64,000 nucleotides of DNA from NCBI RefSeq assembly GCF_009914755.1, contig NC_060937.1. One strand, given 5' to 3'. The DNA comes from the human T2T-CHM13v2.0 reference genome, Homo sapiens. Under the pieces are notes generated by a model. It searched no databases and was not told where the DNA came from. It worked only from the letters and a program-made list of their open reading frames with translations. Both the position numbers and the translations under genes were made by a program. The first letter of the stretch is position 1; each line of letters starts with the position of its first letter. Below, in pieces: positions 46,970 to 64,000 of the stretch.

Positions 46970-48240
46970 CATTTATTCAGAGTAATGTGGGTACCTACTG
47001 TGTGTCAGGCATCGTGATATTGCAGGAACAAGACAGATCTTGTCTGTCTCTACCCTTGGGGAGCTTGCAGCCCGAAAGGCAAGGTGATGTTAAGCAGTAA
47101 TGACTACAGAATGAATCGTGTCTGTGCCAAATGCTGTGGAAGAGATGTTCAGGATGCTGTGAGAACATGCTGCAGGGAGATAGATGGCTTTTGCCTAGAC
47201 TGGGGAGATGGATCTCAACAGGGAGCCATCTTGCACCCCAGGGAACGTTTGTTGCTGTCTGGATACTTTTTGGTTATCCCAGGGGCTGGTTTGGCAGAGG
47301 GTGCTACTGACATCTAGAGTCAGGGGTGCTGCTGAACATCCTACAAAGGCACAGGACAGTTCCACCCCACCATCGAACAATTAATTATCGGATCCAAAAT
47401 GCCAACAGTGGCAAGCTTGAGAAACTGTGGGGTAAGGGTCAAGGAAGGCTTCCTAGAGGATGTGACGTTAGAGCTCAGACCCGAAAGGGAAGCAGAAATC
47501 AGGTAAGTGGGTGGCAGAGCTTGGTGGTGAAGGAGCCAAGTGGAGAAAGGACGGAGGACTGAAGGGCTGGCAAGATCATTAGGGGCCAGGTTGGGTAGGG
47601 CCTTGCAGATCAGGGGACATATTTTGGGGTCATCCTTAGAGCAGAGGGAAGTGTTTGAAGGGCTGTAGTGGGGCAGTATGTGATATGGCTGCCGTTTCCT
47701 GAAACTCACTCTGGCTGTCTGATGGAGCAGGAGTTGGAGGGGGCCATTGTGGATATAGGGAACTGTGAGGAGGCTGCTGGACACAGGTTGTGAGAGATGA
47801 TTAATAATCTCTCAGACTCTGGGACTGATTAGGTTCAGTGTGCTGGGAGAAAGGGTGGGGGAAAGGATGAGTCATACATTTCTGTCACATCCACCATGGG
47901 TAGTAGTGCTGTTTACTAACTTGGGCACTGAAGGAGGAGGACCAGGTTTTTAAAAACAGTTTTATGTGGTTCAATGTACATAACATACAGTTTATTAAGT
48001 ATAATGAATTTTAAGTGTATAGTTCTATGGCATTAAGTACTTACACAATTTTTTGAAATGTACTTTGACTTTTAATTTTAGGGGGAGGTGAAGCTGAGTA
48101 AGTTCAGTTTTGGACAAGTTGAGTTCAAAATGCATGTGAGATGGCCAGGTACCATGTTAGGTGAGCAGTTAGATATTTGGGTCTGTAGAGGACAGGTCTG
48201 GCTGGAAGGTATTTTGGGGGGTCATTATATTAGGTGGCAA
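46970..48240 (-). mobile_element. L2 fragment with a nested MER20 (about 47205-47428)
   Basis: CATTTATTCA...ACCTACTGTGTGTCAGGCA and GAGTTCAGTTTTGGACA-type L2 motifs; MER20 motif GGGTGCTACTGACATCTAG...GCTGCTGAACATCCTACA. Confidence 0.65.
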
Positions 48241-48250
48241 TTTGAGTAGG

Positions 48251-48702
<452 letters not shown>

Positions 48703-49220
48703 TGTTTTATGTTTGTTTGTTTTTAAGGAAGAGAGTCTTGCTTAACAGAATAAATTCATTTAAGCATTTACTCAAAATGTGTATATACCAAAGATTTGGT
48801 AGAAGTTGGAGAGGAAAGCAGTCTTTATCTACATATATCTGCATGTTGTAAAGCTGAGGGTTTAGACAAAACAAAAATAAAAACAAAAACAAGTATAAGT
48901 ATCATCAAATAAGAGTTGAATGTATCTTAAGTATAGCAGTGCCATTTCCTCCTAGGGATATGACTTATTTTCACTCCTAAAAGAATATTTTATGTAGCTG
49001 AAAAGATGATATATTTTAGTTTATATCATTGCTTCCCGTAAGAAACTCAAGGCTCTTTACACATCACGTTGAATTTATCTTCTCCAGATCCTTGATGGGG
49101 GATATGGAGGAGCTTGTTTTTCGTTTACGAGCTAAATGAAGTAAAGGACGTTAAATGGCCTCAGCCCGTTGTGAAAATAGCCCCATTCAGTTCCCTTGAG
49201 TTCCTGTCTAGTTGCCCTTC

Positions 49221-49390
49221 CCAGTGTGTGTCAGACTTCAGCACACATGAGAATCATCTGTGTGTCCTAAAGAAGCCTGTATTTGTTAAAATGCAGATTC
49301 CTGCGTTCCAGCTCCAGATTTTCTGATTCAGAAGATCTGAAATGAGACTTCCAGGTAAGTTTTCTGTGAAGCCAGGTGTGAGAACCCTGC
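49221..49390. mobile_element. MER5A-like DNA transposon
   Basis: AGAATCATCTG...TTGTTAAAATGCAGATTCCTG...CTGATTCAG...TGAGAACCCTG. Confidence 0.6.
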
Positions 49391-49472
49391 CTGGGCCACC
49401 ATAGGCCCGGATATAAACTAGGACTCTTACTGGGTGATTTCTGTGAACATCTGTGGAATATAAAGATGATCA

Positions 49473-49771
49473 AGCCCGGGCGCAGTGGCTCACGCCTGTA
49501 ATCCCAGCACTTTGGGAGGCTGAGGTGGGCGGATCACGAGGTCAGGGGTTCGAGACCAGCCTGGTCAACATAGTGAAACCCTGTCTCTACTAAAAATGCA
49601 AAAAAAAAAAAAAAAAAGTTAGCCGGGCATGGTGGCGGGTGCTTGTAATCCCAGCTACTCGAGAGGCTGAGGCAGGAGAATCGGAGGTTGCAGTGAGCCA
49701 AGATCATGCCATTGCACTCCAGCCCGGGCGACAGTGCGAGACTCCATCTCAGAAAACAAAAAAAAACAAAA
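49473..49771 (+). mobile_element. Alu (S-type) with a short right-arm deletion
   Basis: GGAGAATC joined directly to GGAGGTTGCAG; TSD AAAGATGATC. Confidence 0.93.
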
Positions 49772-51924
49772 GATGATCGGTGGTTGTTTTGCCTTAAAGT
49801 AAGGAGTTGTTCTGGAGAGAGCAAAGTGTGGCATTGAGGCCTACTCCTCAGTCAGGTCTTTTGTATACTTGGGAAAGGAACTGGAAACACCAGAACTAAA
49901 ACTATGAAGTCTGTCTCAGGCTCCAGGATCATTTGGCAAATTTTTAAATGCTGCTGAGGAGACCATAGTCCGTGGAGCATGAGTATCAAAAGTTAGAGCC
50001 GTGAGTTGTTAAAGCAAAGGTTTTTGGGCAATATACAAATAAGTTTCTAAAGGCTTAGAGCGTCTCAGATTGTGTGTACCATGGATTGAGTGGTACTGAA
50101 AGGGGTACTTACTTTATCTGTATGTCTGTTTATCCATCTACCTACCCATCTGCACACTAAGGGGGTACTTTTAAAGACCTACTTCTTGTAATTAATAAGA
50201 TGCCCAAAAGTTAATCATAAATTATATTTTTATAAGTTAAGCCTGACAGTTAACTGTTCCATAGTACACTTGCAATTTAAAGGAATCGCGTAAACTGCTA
50301 ATTTTTTTTTTTTGTTTGAATGTTTGCTGTGTTCCTCTTTGATGTGTTCTGTAGTAGGCTGTGTGACCAGGGATTTTTCTGACCCTTCCTATGACTTAGG
50401 CTATGGAACATGCTAGTGAGGGTGGGGTTTTAAATCTCACCCCCAAGACTGTTTTGAGTTGCAATTTTCTGGTTTGCATATCCTGAGTGACGGTTTTTAA
50501 ACAAGATGCAAATCAAAGTATGAAATGATCTTTTCCCTCTTGAATATATATAGTTATTTTCTATTTTTCTCTTTTTTTTTCACTATCTACTGTGCTTCCT
50601 GTAAAATATATTTACTCTCTGGCCCATAGAATATGTTGGTCTCATCAAACTTTGTTGTCAAGTGAAGAAAAGCTAATATTCCAGTGTTTCCCATGACTTC
50701 TGTAATAAAACAGGAGAGGAGTTTCAGATGGAACTAGATCATATCTGAGTCGATAGTAGGCTCAAAGCAGGAATATTGTGTCTGCATGCTTGCTGCCTCA
50801 GTGTGGTGGGAGGCTTGGCCTCCTTCCTCACTACTTCTCTCCACTGGCTGAATTGTCCTGGCATCTTTCCCAGCAGCAGATCTCTTTTCCTAAGAGTTTA
50901 CTGTTTGGCACTTGAGCAAAAGGCTCAATAGGTTTTACCATAGGCCAGGTACTGTTTTGAACCTGAACATACATGAACTCACTTAATTCTTGTTCCATTT
51001 CTTCCCTCTACAGGGAGGGAAACAGAGGCTCAGAGAGGTTGCTTAACTATTAAGTGGCAGCGCTCGGATTTGAACCTAGGAGGTTTGAGTATACTTTGTC
51101 TTTGTACTTTGTACTCTGTACACAGTACAAAGTACTCTGTACTTTGACCTTATGCTGTATGACTTCTCAGGCAGGGCCCCGGCCCGGGTCTCCTCTACTG
51201 CCACATCTTTCTGTTGTACAGTGCAGCTTTAAGGAGAGAGTTCTTTGAAAGGATTCATTAAACAGCTGCCTTCTCTCCTGCTTCTCCTCCCCATCTGGCC
51301 ATTCCTTTTGTCTCCTTTGCAGTTTTGTCCTTAAATGTTGCAGTTCCCCTGAGCCGTCCTTGGCCTCACGAGCCTTGGCTTCCGTTCTGGTGCGCTGTGG
51401 AGACTCTAGTGCTGCAGCCGCTATTGCACGCACACCCCTGTGCTGGGCTCACCCCTGCACCCGGCTCTCCTGCCTGTCTGCACTTGCGTATCCTCAGGAC
51501 GCTGGGCACCAAGTTGCCTTCCCTCACACGTGCTACCCTCCTTTATTCTAGGAAGCCCCAGGCCCTCCCTTCCCATCTCACCCCCCACCCGGGTGCTCTG
51601 TCTCAGAGCTGCAGCTTCTGCTTCTTTAGTGGCCCCCCCCCCCCCCGCTCACTGCCACCTTCATTGAGGCCCTTAGCGCTCTTTGCTTGACTCCAGTGGC
51701 CTTCCCACTGGCATGTTTGTGTCCTTTCTTGTCCTCCCACAGCCGTCCCACACACTGCCTCCAGAAAGCTGTCTTGGGCACACATCTCAACAGGGCATTC
51801 CCTCCTTAAAACCTCAAACAGCTGTTCCTGGCTCAGGAAAAACCTGACTCCCCAATACCGCCCCCTCCCATGATATGGCCCCTGGTACCTTCAGCCTCAT
51901 TTCTAGCCCCAGCCACCCGTCCCC

Positions 51925-52022
51925 ACAGGGGTTCCTGCCCGGGTCACCCCCTCCTCAGAGGGGTCCCTGCCCGGCCGGGTCACCCCCTCCCCTCAAGGGA
52001 CCCTGCCTGGGTCACTCCCTCT
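51925..52022. repeat. Three imperfect copies of a ~35-bp GC-rich unit
   Basis: CCTGCC(C/T)GGGTCAC(C/T)CCCTC recurs three times. Confidence 0.75.
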
Positions 52023-53681
52023 TCTGAGGTATTTCTGCCACCAAGTGTGTTGACCCTGCCATTGGCCTGCCCTGTATAAAACCCAAGAGGGAGAGAATAA
52101 AATCCGATGCCCCTTAAAAAACGTACGGAGTGACAGGGCCTTCCATCCCATGGTTGGAGGTGCTGTCCCATGGTAGATGGAGCTGCTACCCAGCTTGTCT
52201 GCTACTGTGGGGACAGGGGACAGTGGATTTGTCCCAGTAGGGTGGAGAAAAGGCAGACTTTACCTCTGTCGCTGGGCTGCAGGGGTGTTTGTTTCTGTCC
52301 CTCTGCTACCATGGATTATCTTCAAAGTGGGTACTTGGAAACAAGTAAGTTGGCTATGCGCCATGCATCCTGGAGCTTAAGGCCCCCTGGAGGACCTGGA
52401 ATTAATCCTGGAAAGCTCCACGGAGAGGCAGCTGCTGGAGGCTGGAGCCAGCTGGGTGACATGCTTTGTAAGTAGGTCACAGGAAAGAAAGTGAAGCCCC
52501 AAAGGCTTCCTCCCCCAGCGTGTTAGAAAAGAAGTGGCAGCCTGCATAGCCTGGAAGGAGCGCCTGAGCCATGTGTGCTTCCAAGACGGCTCTCTGTGAG
52601 CTTTGGCCTGGGTGGCAGAGCCACAGGTACCGGGTTTTATGCTCTCCTGGCTTTTGTGCAGGGCAGGCAACCACCTAGACACTTCCCAGACTGCCAGTCA
52701 TTATCATTGTGGTCACCAGCATGGCCACAGCTATTGGCTGAGCTTTTTTATATATTCTGAGCTGATGCCAAAAGTTTAGGCATTATCTCATTGGTTCCTG
52801 CCAGCGCCCTCTGAGGTGGAGTTATTTGGCAGCTTAGTGGTTTTCTTGTTTTTACTGTTCCGTTTGGTTTCTATGATAGATGTTCCTGGGAAAGTTTGGG
52901 AAAACAAATTAAGAGAATTGGGACAAAATCAAGTTAGGAGGTAGAAGGCACAATCATCTTTCCTGCGTGGGAATGGGGGTCCCTTGCTCCCTCACAGGAA
53001 CAGGGAAAGAGAGTTGATTAGTGCTGCTTAAATGTGTTGCAATTAATTACTCGCCAGTTTTCTTGCACTCCGGGGCTTAGGCTGGCCTATAAATCTTAGT
53101 CCCAGGTTAGTTGTAAAATCTTGATTTATCTCTCTGTCTAGATGTGCTAACACATTTGTTGGCTTGAATTATTTAAAGTTATCATGAAAAAGGTCTGATT
53201 TCTATTGCCTGCCCTGATTTGCACTTTAAATATAGTTCCCTGTTGCAGTTTACCAGAATTCATGTTGAAAATGGAAAAGGGGAAATTACTTTTAAACAGC
53301 AGTTTGGCATGTAAAAGCATGATTTACCCTGGAATATTTCTCCAACTGCACATTAAAGCACTAAGGCCAAATTTTCAACAATATTTTCCCTACTGAATCT
53401 GGAAATTAATATGAAGCAAACAGCAAACATTGAGCCTCAGGTAGCCACTCCTGTGTACCCCTTTGGTTGGGGCCAGGTTGGAGGGATCTTTCCCTCACTC
53501 CTTCTTTTCTTTGTCAGTCACCAGCCCAGACTCAAATTGCAGTATGCACTCGTTAGCATTGTTGAAGGTGACAGGCAATTTCTTACCTCCCTTGCTAATT
53601 TTTCTCACTTTGCTCATCTCTTTGCACCATCTCTCTTTCATTTCCATGAAACCAGGATTTTTATGGATAAGAATTCTGTAA

Positions 53682-54057
<376 letters not shown>

Positions 54058-54127
54058 ACGTTTGGTTCCTTGATGATTTCTTTTGATTTATTTAGATTAC
54101 ACAAATTTAAAGATAAAACCAACTGGC

Positions 54128-54427
54128 AGCCGGGCATGGTGGTTCATGCCTGTAATCTCAGCACTTTGGGAGGCCGAGGTGGGTGGATCACCTGAGGTCA
54201 GGAGTTTGAGACTAGCCTGGCCAACATGGCAAAACCCCATCTCTACTAAAAATACAAAAATTAGCTGGGCATGGTGGCACGTGCCTGTAACCCCAGCTAC
54301 TCGGAGGCTAAGGTAGGAGAGAATCGCTTGAACCTGGGAGGTGGAGGTTGCGTTGAGTTGAGATAGTGCCACTGCACTCCACTCTGGGCAACAGAGTGAG
54401 ACCTGTCTCAAAACAAAACAAAAAACA
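54128..54427 (+). mobile_element. Alu (S-type)
   Basis: Full Alu; TSD-like AAAACCAACTGG / AAAACAACTGG. Confidence 0.93.
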
Positions 54428-55124
54428 ACTGGAATTTTTTCTAAGGATTATCTTGTTTTATGATTTGCTCCTACAACTGAAAGTAACTCTGATGCATTTT
54501 TTATGTCATTGTTTTAAATATTATAATTTGTATCTATCATGGGAAAAAGGTATTTTAAATTTCACAGCAGAGTGATAAGAAATGACAGACTTTTTTGGTT
54601 TGGGTTTTTTTTTTTTTAAAGGGATATTTTAACTCTAGGTCTATATTTTTGGACAGAGCTAGAATCTAGTTTAACTTAGCTCAGTTAAGCTTTGTCTGGC
54701 TAAAGGAATGGTGTGTTGATTACGACAAGCAGAATTTATGGAATTTATTTGACGTATTGGCAATATCTTTCCTGTATGTAATTCCTACTTTAAACAGTTA
54801 CATCATCAAATATTAGCTACTTACTCACAAAAGGTGATACATTAGTAATTTTCAGAACCAGTACCAAATAAAGATACCTTCCCTGCACTATATTCTACAT
54901 TCTAAGGGCTAGGGACTTTTGTGTTCACATGCACTTTGTTGTCATATAGCTGTCTGGCCTCGCAAAAAAGTGAGGTAAAAGCAAACACTGTTATTAGATG
55001 ATGCTACTGGACCTGTTACATTAAGAAAGTTATCTTATTTGATTAAAGAGGAAATTGTAACCCCAGAGATATTTGACTGTCCTGTTTGAAATTTGGAATT
55101 AATTCGGGAGGGGTAGATGGAAAA

Positions 55125-55720
<596 letters not shown>

Positions 55721-56032
55721 AGTGGGAGATGGATTTTTGAATCAAAGTCATGAGTTAGTTTGACCACAGTTTTTATATCTTGCAAGTTCTCAGAATATTC
55801 TATTTTCTGGAATTCTGTGGTGCTAAGATATGTTAACATGTTGCAACCTCTCTGTATGATATTCCTTAAGTAATTCTGTTTTTGATATCTTCTTCAGGGT
55901 TTTAAATGTGCATATTAGCTTAGAGGTAAATAAAATAAAGCCAAAAAATTAAGTACCCAGAAGCAGAATTTAAATGACTTTGCAGTTTAATCTCTCCTTT
56001 CTTCTTAGAACTTGAAGAAATGATTGGGCTTT

Positions 56033-56080
56033 GTGTGTGTGTGTGTGTGCACGCGTGCGCGTGTGTGTGTATGTGTGTGT
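56033..56080. repeat. Interrupted (TG)n/(CG) alternating purine-pyrimidine tract
   Basis: Direct inspection. Confidence 0.9.
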
Positions 56081-56319
56081 AAAGTGAGAAAATGCATTAG
56101 ATCCTGGTGAAAATAAAGGTGAGGGGCACTAAACGTCTTTGTTCTACTGGGTAGGCGCTGCCTGGTATAGAGAGCAGGTGGTCCTTTTGTGATGTGACTC
56201 TAGGGTCCCCCATAGTGAAGACTTTCACTCATTCATTTATTAAGTAAATATTTATTGAGTTTCTTCTATGTGCTAGCTGTGCTTTTGGTGTGGAGACAAA
56301 TGGTAGATAAAACTGTATT

Positions 56320-56620
56320 CCTGGTGGGGTGGTGGCTCAGGCCTGTAATCCTAGCACTTTGGGGTGCTGAGTTGGGCGGCTTGCCTGAGCCCAGGAATTT
56401 GAGGCCAGCCTGAGTAACATGTTGAAACCTTGTCTCCACAAAAAACACAAAAATTAGCTGGGCATGGTGGCACATGCCTGTAGTCCCAGCTACTCGGGAG
56501 GCTGAGGTGGGAGGATCATGAGCCCAGGAATGAAGGTTGCAGTGAGCTGAGATTGTGCCATTGCAGTCTAGCCTGGGCAACAGAGTGAGACCCCATCTCA
56601 AAAAACAAAAACAAAACAAC
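56320..56620 (+). mobile_element. AluJ-like
   Basis: GAGCCCAGGA in both arms; A-rich tail followed by a C-rich tract. Confidence 0.88.
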
Positions 56621-58060
56621 ACCCCCCCACCCCACCCCCCCCCCGCCAAAACTCACTATAACTGTATTCCTGCCCTTGTGGAGCTTATAATCAGCTGACA
56701 TGTAAGATAAGTGATAAACAAATATATATGTCAGTTGGTGATAAGTGCTCTGGAGAAGAGTAAAGCAGAGTGAGGTGGATAAGGAGGGTGTGGAATTGGG
56801 GATTTATTATTTTACATGAGGTGGTCTTGGGGAGGCCTTGTATAATGTCTACTGTTATCTAAATTGTTCACATAGAGGTTCACATGGCTTACATTTCAGT
56901 TTCACCCTGCCTTTTGAAATGTCATTCTGGAAATGGAAACGATGAAACCATGTTAGTCATTTGCTTCTTAGTGTGAAGATGTTTTAGATTTCTTTCTTTT
57001 GAGCAAATGTTAATGCAGGATTTGAGGCAATGGATGTCTGGGGGTGGGGATGGGGAGGGATTAGAAGGGATCCAAATGGATGAAGTCGTCTCCTGCTTCT
57101 GATTAAGGTCTCCTCTGCCACCCAGGGAGCCCCTCTGCTGACACTCCTTGTACATTATTGTTCCATGGTGTCACTTCTCCCACCCTTTTAGTACATCACT
57201 GCCCTATGTCATTGCCTTTTACTCCTGGGAGTGCTAATTGGAGAAAGTGAACTCTGCAATGCTTTCCTCTTAGCTGTTGGGGAGAAATGTACTGTAAAAT
57301 GAAGGGTACTATTTTTTGTTCTGTTAAGCTTCCTGTTTGGCTTGTCATTTTGCTTTATATTTTCAGAGTGTTACTGTCATGTTGTTGTTATTATTTTTAA
57401 TGCAGAGCCTAAATGTGGCTCTAGGGATATCTTCGTCTGTGATGGCTCTGACTCCAAACATTCATTCATTCTAAATGGAGAATGATTTTAATTCCCCTCA
57501 CTCTCCCGGCCCCATTGCCTTAGTAGGGTTCTGTTAGGGTTTAGTAGGGTTCTGTGCTTGCTGGTAGCAGTATCTGCATCACACTTCTAACCTTGCAGCC
57601 CTTAGGAAAAAGCTTGCTCCAAATTTAGCTCTGTTGCCTGCCAGGCTCTGGCAGTGATTTTGAGGGTGAGAATCTGTACTTCTTCCTCCTGGATTCTCAG
57701 GAATTCCCCTTTGCTTAAGAAGGCACCAGACTTAAGGTTTCTAAGAAATAGTATTTTGTACACATCTATTTTATAGTTTATGTCTATAGACACAAATGGC
57801 ATACACAGATTTGAATTTGTCTGATGTACTGTTTCTTTTGCTTGGTAGCCTAAGCGTGTTGGCTTCGTGTTGATGAATAATTTTAGGTCTGAGATGAAGA
57901 AAGCCAGTAATACAAGTTTGCAGCAATGCAGCTGCTTAAAAATGAGCAAAATATGTCTTGTTAAAGTATCTTTTTTTATTATAAGCAAAACTGTTGGATG
58001 TGAGAATTAACCTGAATTGCTAATTCTAAGGTAGAAATATTTCTTTTTTTTTTTTTCCAG

Positions 58061-58110
58061 CTTTTGGTTTGGCTTCTGAAGATACAAAGAAAGAGGTCAA
58101 GCAGTCTCAG
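58061..58110 (+). CDS. B3GLCT: B3GLCT coding exon 2 (50 nt)
   Basis: T13-CCAG| acceptor and CAG|GTACTA donor; (A)FGLASEDTKKEVKQSQ in phase with exon 1 (70+50 = 120 nt). Confidence 0.95.
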
Positions 58111-58340
58111 GTACTAATCCCAATGATCAAATCTTTTCCTCCCTTCTAAGATTCATTTGTATTTTCTCTGATAGGAATAGTAATCATTTCATTCTTCAAT
58201 TGTTATTTTTATTGTTACATAATTCATATAATGTGGTCAACATGGATTTTGAATCCCTAATGCAACCTATAAGATAGACTTGCTTTTTACAAATCCTTTA
58301 ATATTTAAGGCTGATCCACTTGGTTTTAAAGTTATTTTGA

Positions 58341-58769
<429 letters not shown>

Positions 58770-59392
58770 TGAAAGGATTTTACTATGTCACAGGTGTCAC
58801 AGAAACCTGATTAGTCTCTCCTTGAAGGTGGCAATGTGTGAGAGGGCATGCTGGGGCCTGGGCGGGAGACCCAAAGGTGACTATGCTACCAGAGAGTCAG
58901 AACCAGAAAGCTAGGCCAGGGGACTTGCAGAGAGCAGGCAGTACTTATCCCAATCTCAGAGCTGCTGCTTTTAAATCACTGGTTGTAGTCAGGGAATGTC
59001 TCTAAATGTTTACTAGTTGGGCTTTGCACTAGATCAGTTTAGCATGTAAAAAAGGAAACAGTAGTTTAAAATATCAGTTGTTTTTGTCATATTAAAGCTC
59101 AGTTGACTATTTTTACCCCACAATTGGTGTAAAAGCATTTTTTTAATAGAATGTTTCTTTATCAACAGGGTGTTTATTATCTGTTTTAACTGTACTATGA
59201 GATTCTTACACAGGGGAAATGATAATACTAATTTCTTACGATTTTAAGACCTTTTATGATTAATAAAGCATTTCACACATTTAATTTAATCTTCTTAATG
59301 ATCCTGTTATTTGTTAAAGCAAATATTCCCATTTACAACAGAGAAAACTTAGCGTCAGGGAAGTTATGTGATTTGACCAAGGTCACATGATT

Positions 59393-62336
<2,944 letters not shown>

Positions 62337-64000
62337 CACGTGATTATTAAAAAGTAAAGTTAGAATCCAAATTTTCTGAATCATTGAATATTTCTCACTT
62401 TACTGTTTTATATTACACAGCCCTGTGCATTATGATGTGTGTACTTGGCAATAATGAGGATCATTTGTGACACATTTAAAGTGCTACCTAATCCTGTGGT
62501 AGCACTCAAAGTCCTTGTGACTTTGAGCTCTGAATGACAGGCATAAGGTTAACACTGGTCACGAGAACCAAAGTGTTGAAGTTCATCTCTTCTCCACCAC
62601 TAGCCAGTTGTGGGGCTTAGTGAACCTCGCTGTGCTCAGCCTCCTCATCTGTAAGATGGGGTAGTAGGACCTACCTCACAGGGCTGTTTTGAAGATTAAG
62701 TGTGCCTGTTTATAGCTTAGAACAATGCCAGGTCCTGTTTAAACGTTTACCTGATAAGACAAGAACAATTCCTATAAGCAGCCTTTTAAGAGGTTGCATA
62801 AGCCATCTTTCCTACCTGAACAAATCAAAGTAAAGAGGAACTGCTTTTGTCTGTTACATTTGTTTTATGGAGGTAGTTGACTTCATATGAAGTAGTTGAT
62901 GATAATGATGAAAAAAGGGTAGGTGCCAATATTATTGAGCATTTGCTTTGTGCAGACCCTGTGCTCAGCATTTTACTATCTTGTTCAACCTACAACACAA
63001 TCCTGTGAAGTGGGTCTTGTCATTATTATTCCTATTCCAGTTGAAACAGGCCTGAGCTAGTTGGTGGTGCAGGCAGAATTAGAGCCCAGGGCCGACTGAG
63101 TGTAATCATGAACACATCTCATTATTTTATTCAGAATCTCTAGGGCAGTGGTGGGTACTTGTGACTGGGTGGAAGATTCCATTTTACTTCTCTTCCCTTT
63201 AAAAGATTCCATATAAAATTCTTTCGAGGGTGTCATATCTTCTTTTAATGAAGGACTTATGAACTAAGCATTACATGTATGGATTGCAAGTGTTGTTCAA
63301 ATCTTTTGTGACTTAAAAAATAAAACCTGTGTCAAAGGGTGACTTTAATGTGCCTTTTCCTGGCTAGCATAGGAGCTTTCTGTGGGGTAGAGATTAATGG
63401 CAAATCTCTTTCGTATCTGAATAGCAATTCAGTTGACTTATAAAACCTTGACAGTGAGCACATTTTGATTGATATTGATAGCGTAAGAAACATCTGGCAG
63501 CAGAAATAATAAAACAAACCATGTGTTTCCTTCATTTTAGGAAGAACTAAGTCTTTTCACAAGGGAAGCTGGAGACAGAATTTTAATTGTTCTGTTAATT
63601 TAGTCTAATTTTCTTTCTCACAGGGGAAATTAGTCAAGACCATTTTGGTTCCATCTCAATTCACCTTATTCAACTGTTTCTTGCATATTTGATTTTTACA
63701 GTTTACAAATTGAACCCCTTGAAATGGCTAATCATTTCCTAGCTATTGTGTCAGTCAACAGAGCTGCTGTGTTTAATGGCAAAGAGAAAGATGTATCATT
63801 TTTGTTGCTATTCTTTGATTTCACAAAGATAGCTATCTGATGGAAAGTCCAGTTGGCTTTTCAGCTTCAGTTGCTTAGTCTAGAACTGTAGCATTCTGGA
63901 TATTTTTCATCTTTTAACTTGTTGATGAAGGTGACTTTTGCTTTCTATATTATTTTTTAGCTCACTCTCAAAATCTATTCACATCTAATGATGTGTATTT

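Noticed and set aside
55786-55816. GAA/TTC-rich patch as an intronic HSE
   Set aside because: Two 2-unit blocks out of phase with each other; no three contiguous pentamers.

Overview
Human (primate) genomic DNA with two divergently oriented genes about 38 kb apart. The 5' end of HSPH1 (Hsp105/Hsp110) is on the minus strand: coding exons 1-2 and a CpG-island promoter with heat-shock elements. The 5' end of B3GLCT (beta-1,3-glucosyltransferase) is on the plus strand: coding exons 1-2 and a CpG island. Both were recognised from their translated exons and exact GT-AG phase continuity; from memory the pair lies at 13q12.3. An AluYa5 supports a human origin. The rest is mostly interspersed repeat: more than 25 Alus, six ERV1-class solo LTRs, MaLR LTRs, hAT transposons, L2/MIR and an L1 with a twin-priming inversion. 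Almost all ORFs in the supplied track are spurious. The best leads are: (1) an unexplained ~140-bp inverted repeat flanking ~713 bp, 5.6 kb upstream of HSPH1; (2) an in-frame alternative first coding exon of HSPH1 over its own promoter, next to tandem ZNF143-type motifs; (3) perfect heat-shock elements in both MER51 LTRs; (4) an in-frame upstream ATG giving B3GLCT an Arg-rich extension; (5) a convergent LTR12/LTR12C pair. I found no demonstrable new biological system; these are hypotheses. Repeat family names are from recalled consensus sequences, not a database search, and repeat boundaries are approximate unless TSDs are quoted.
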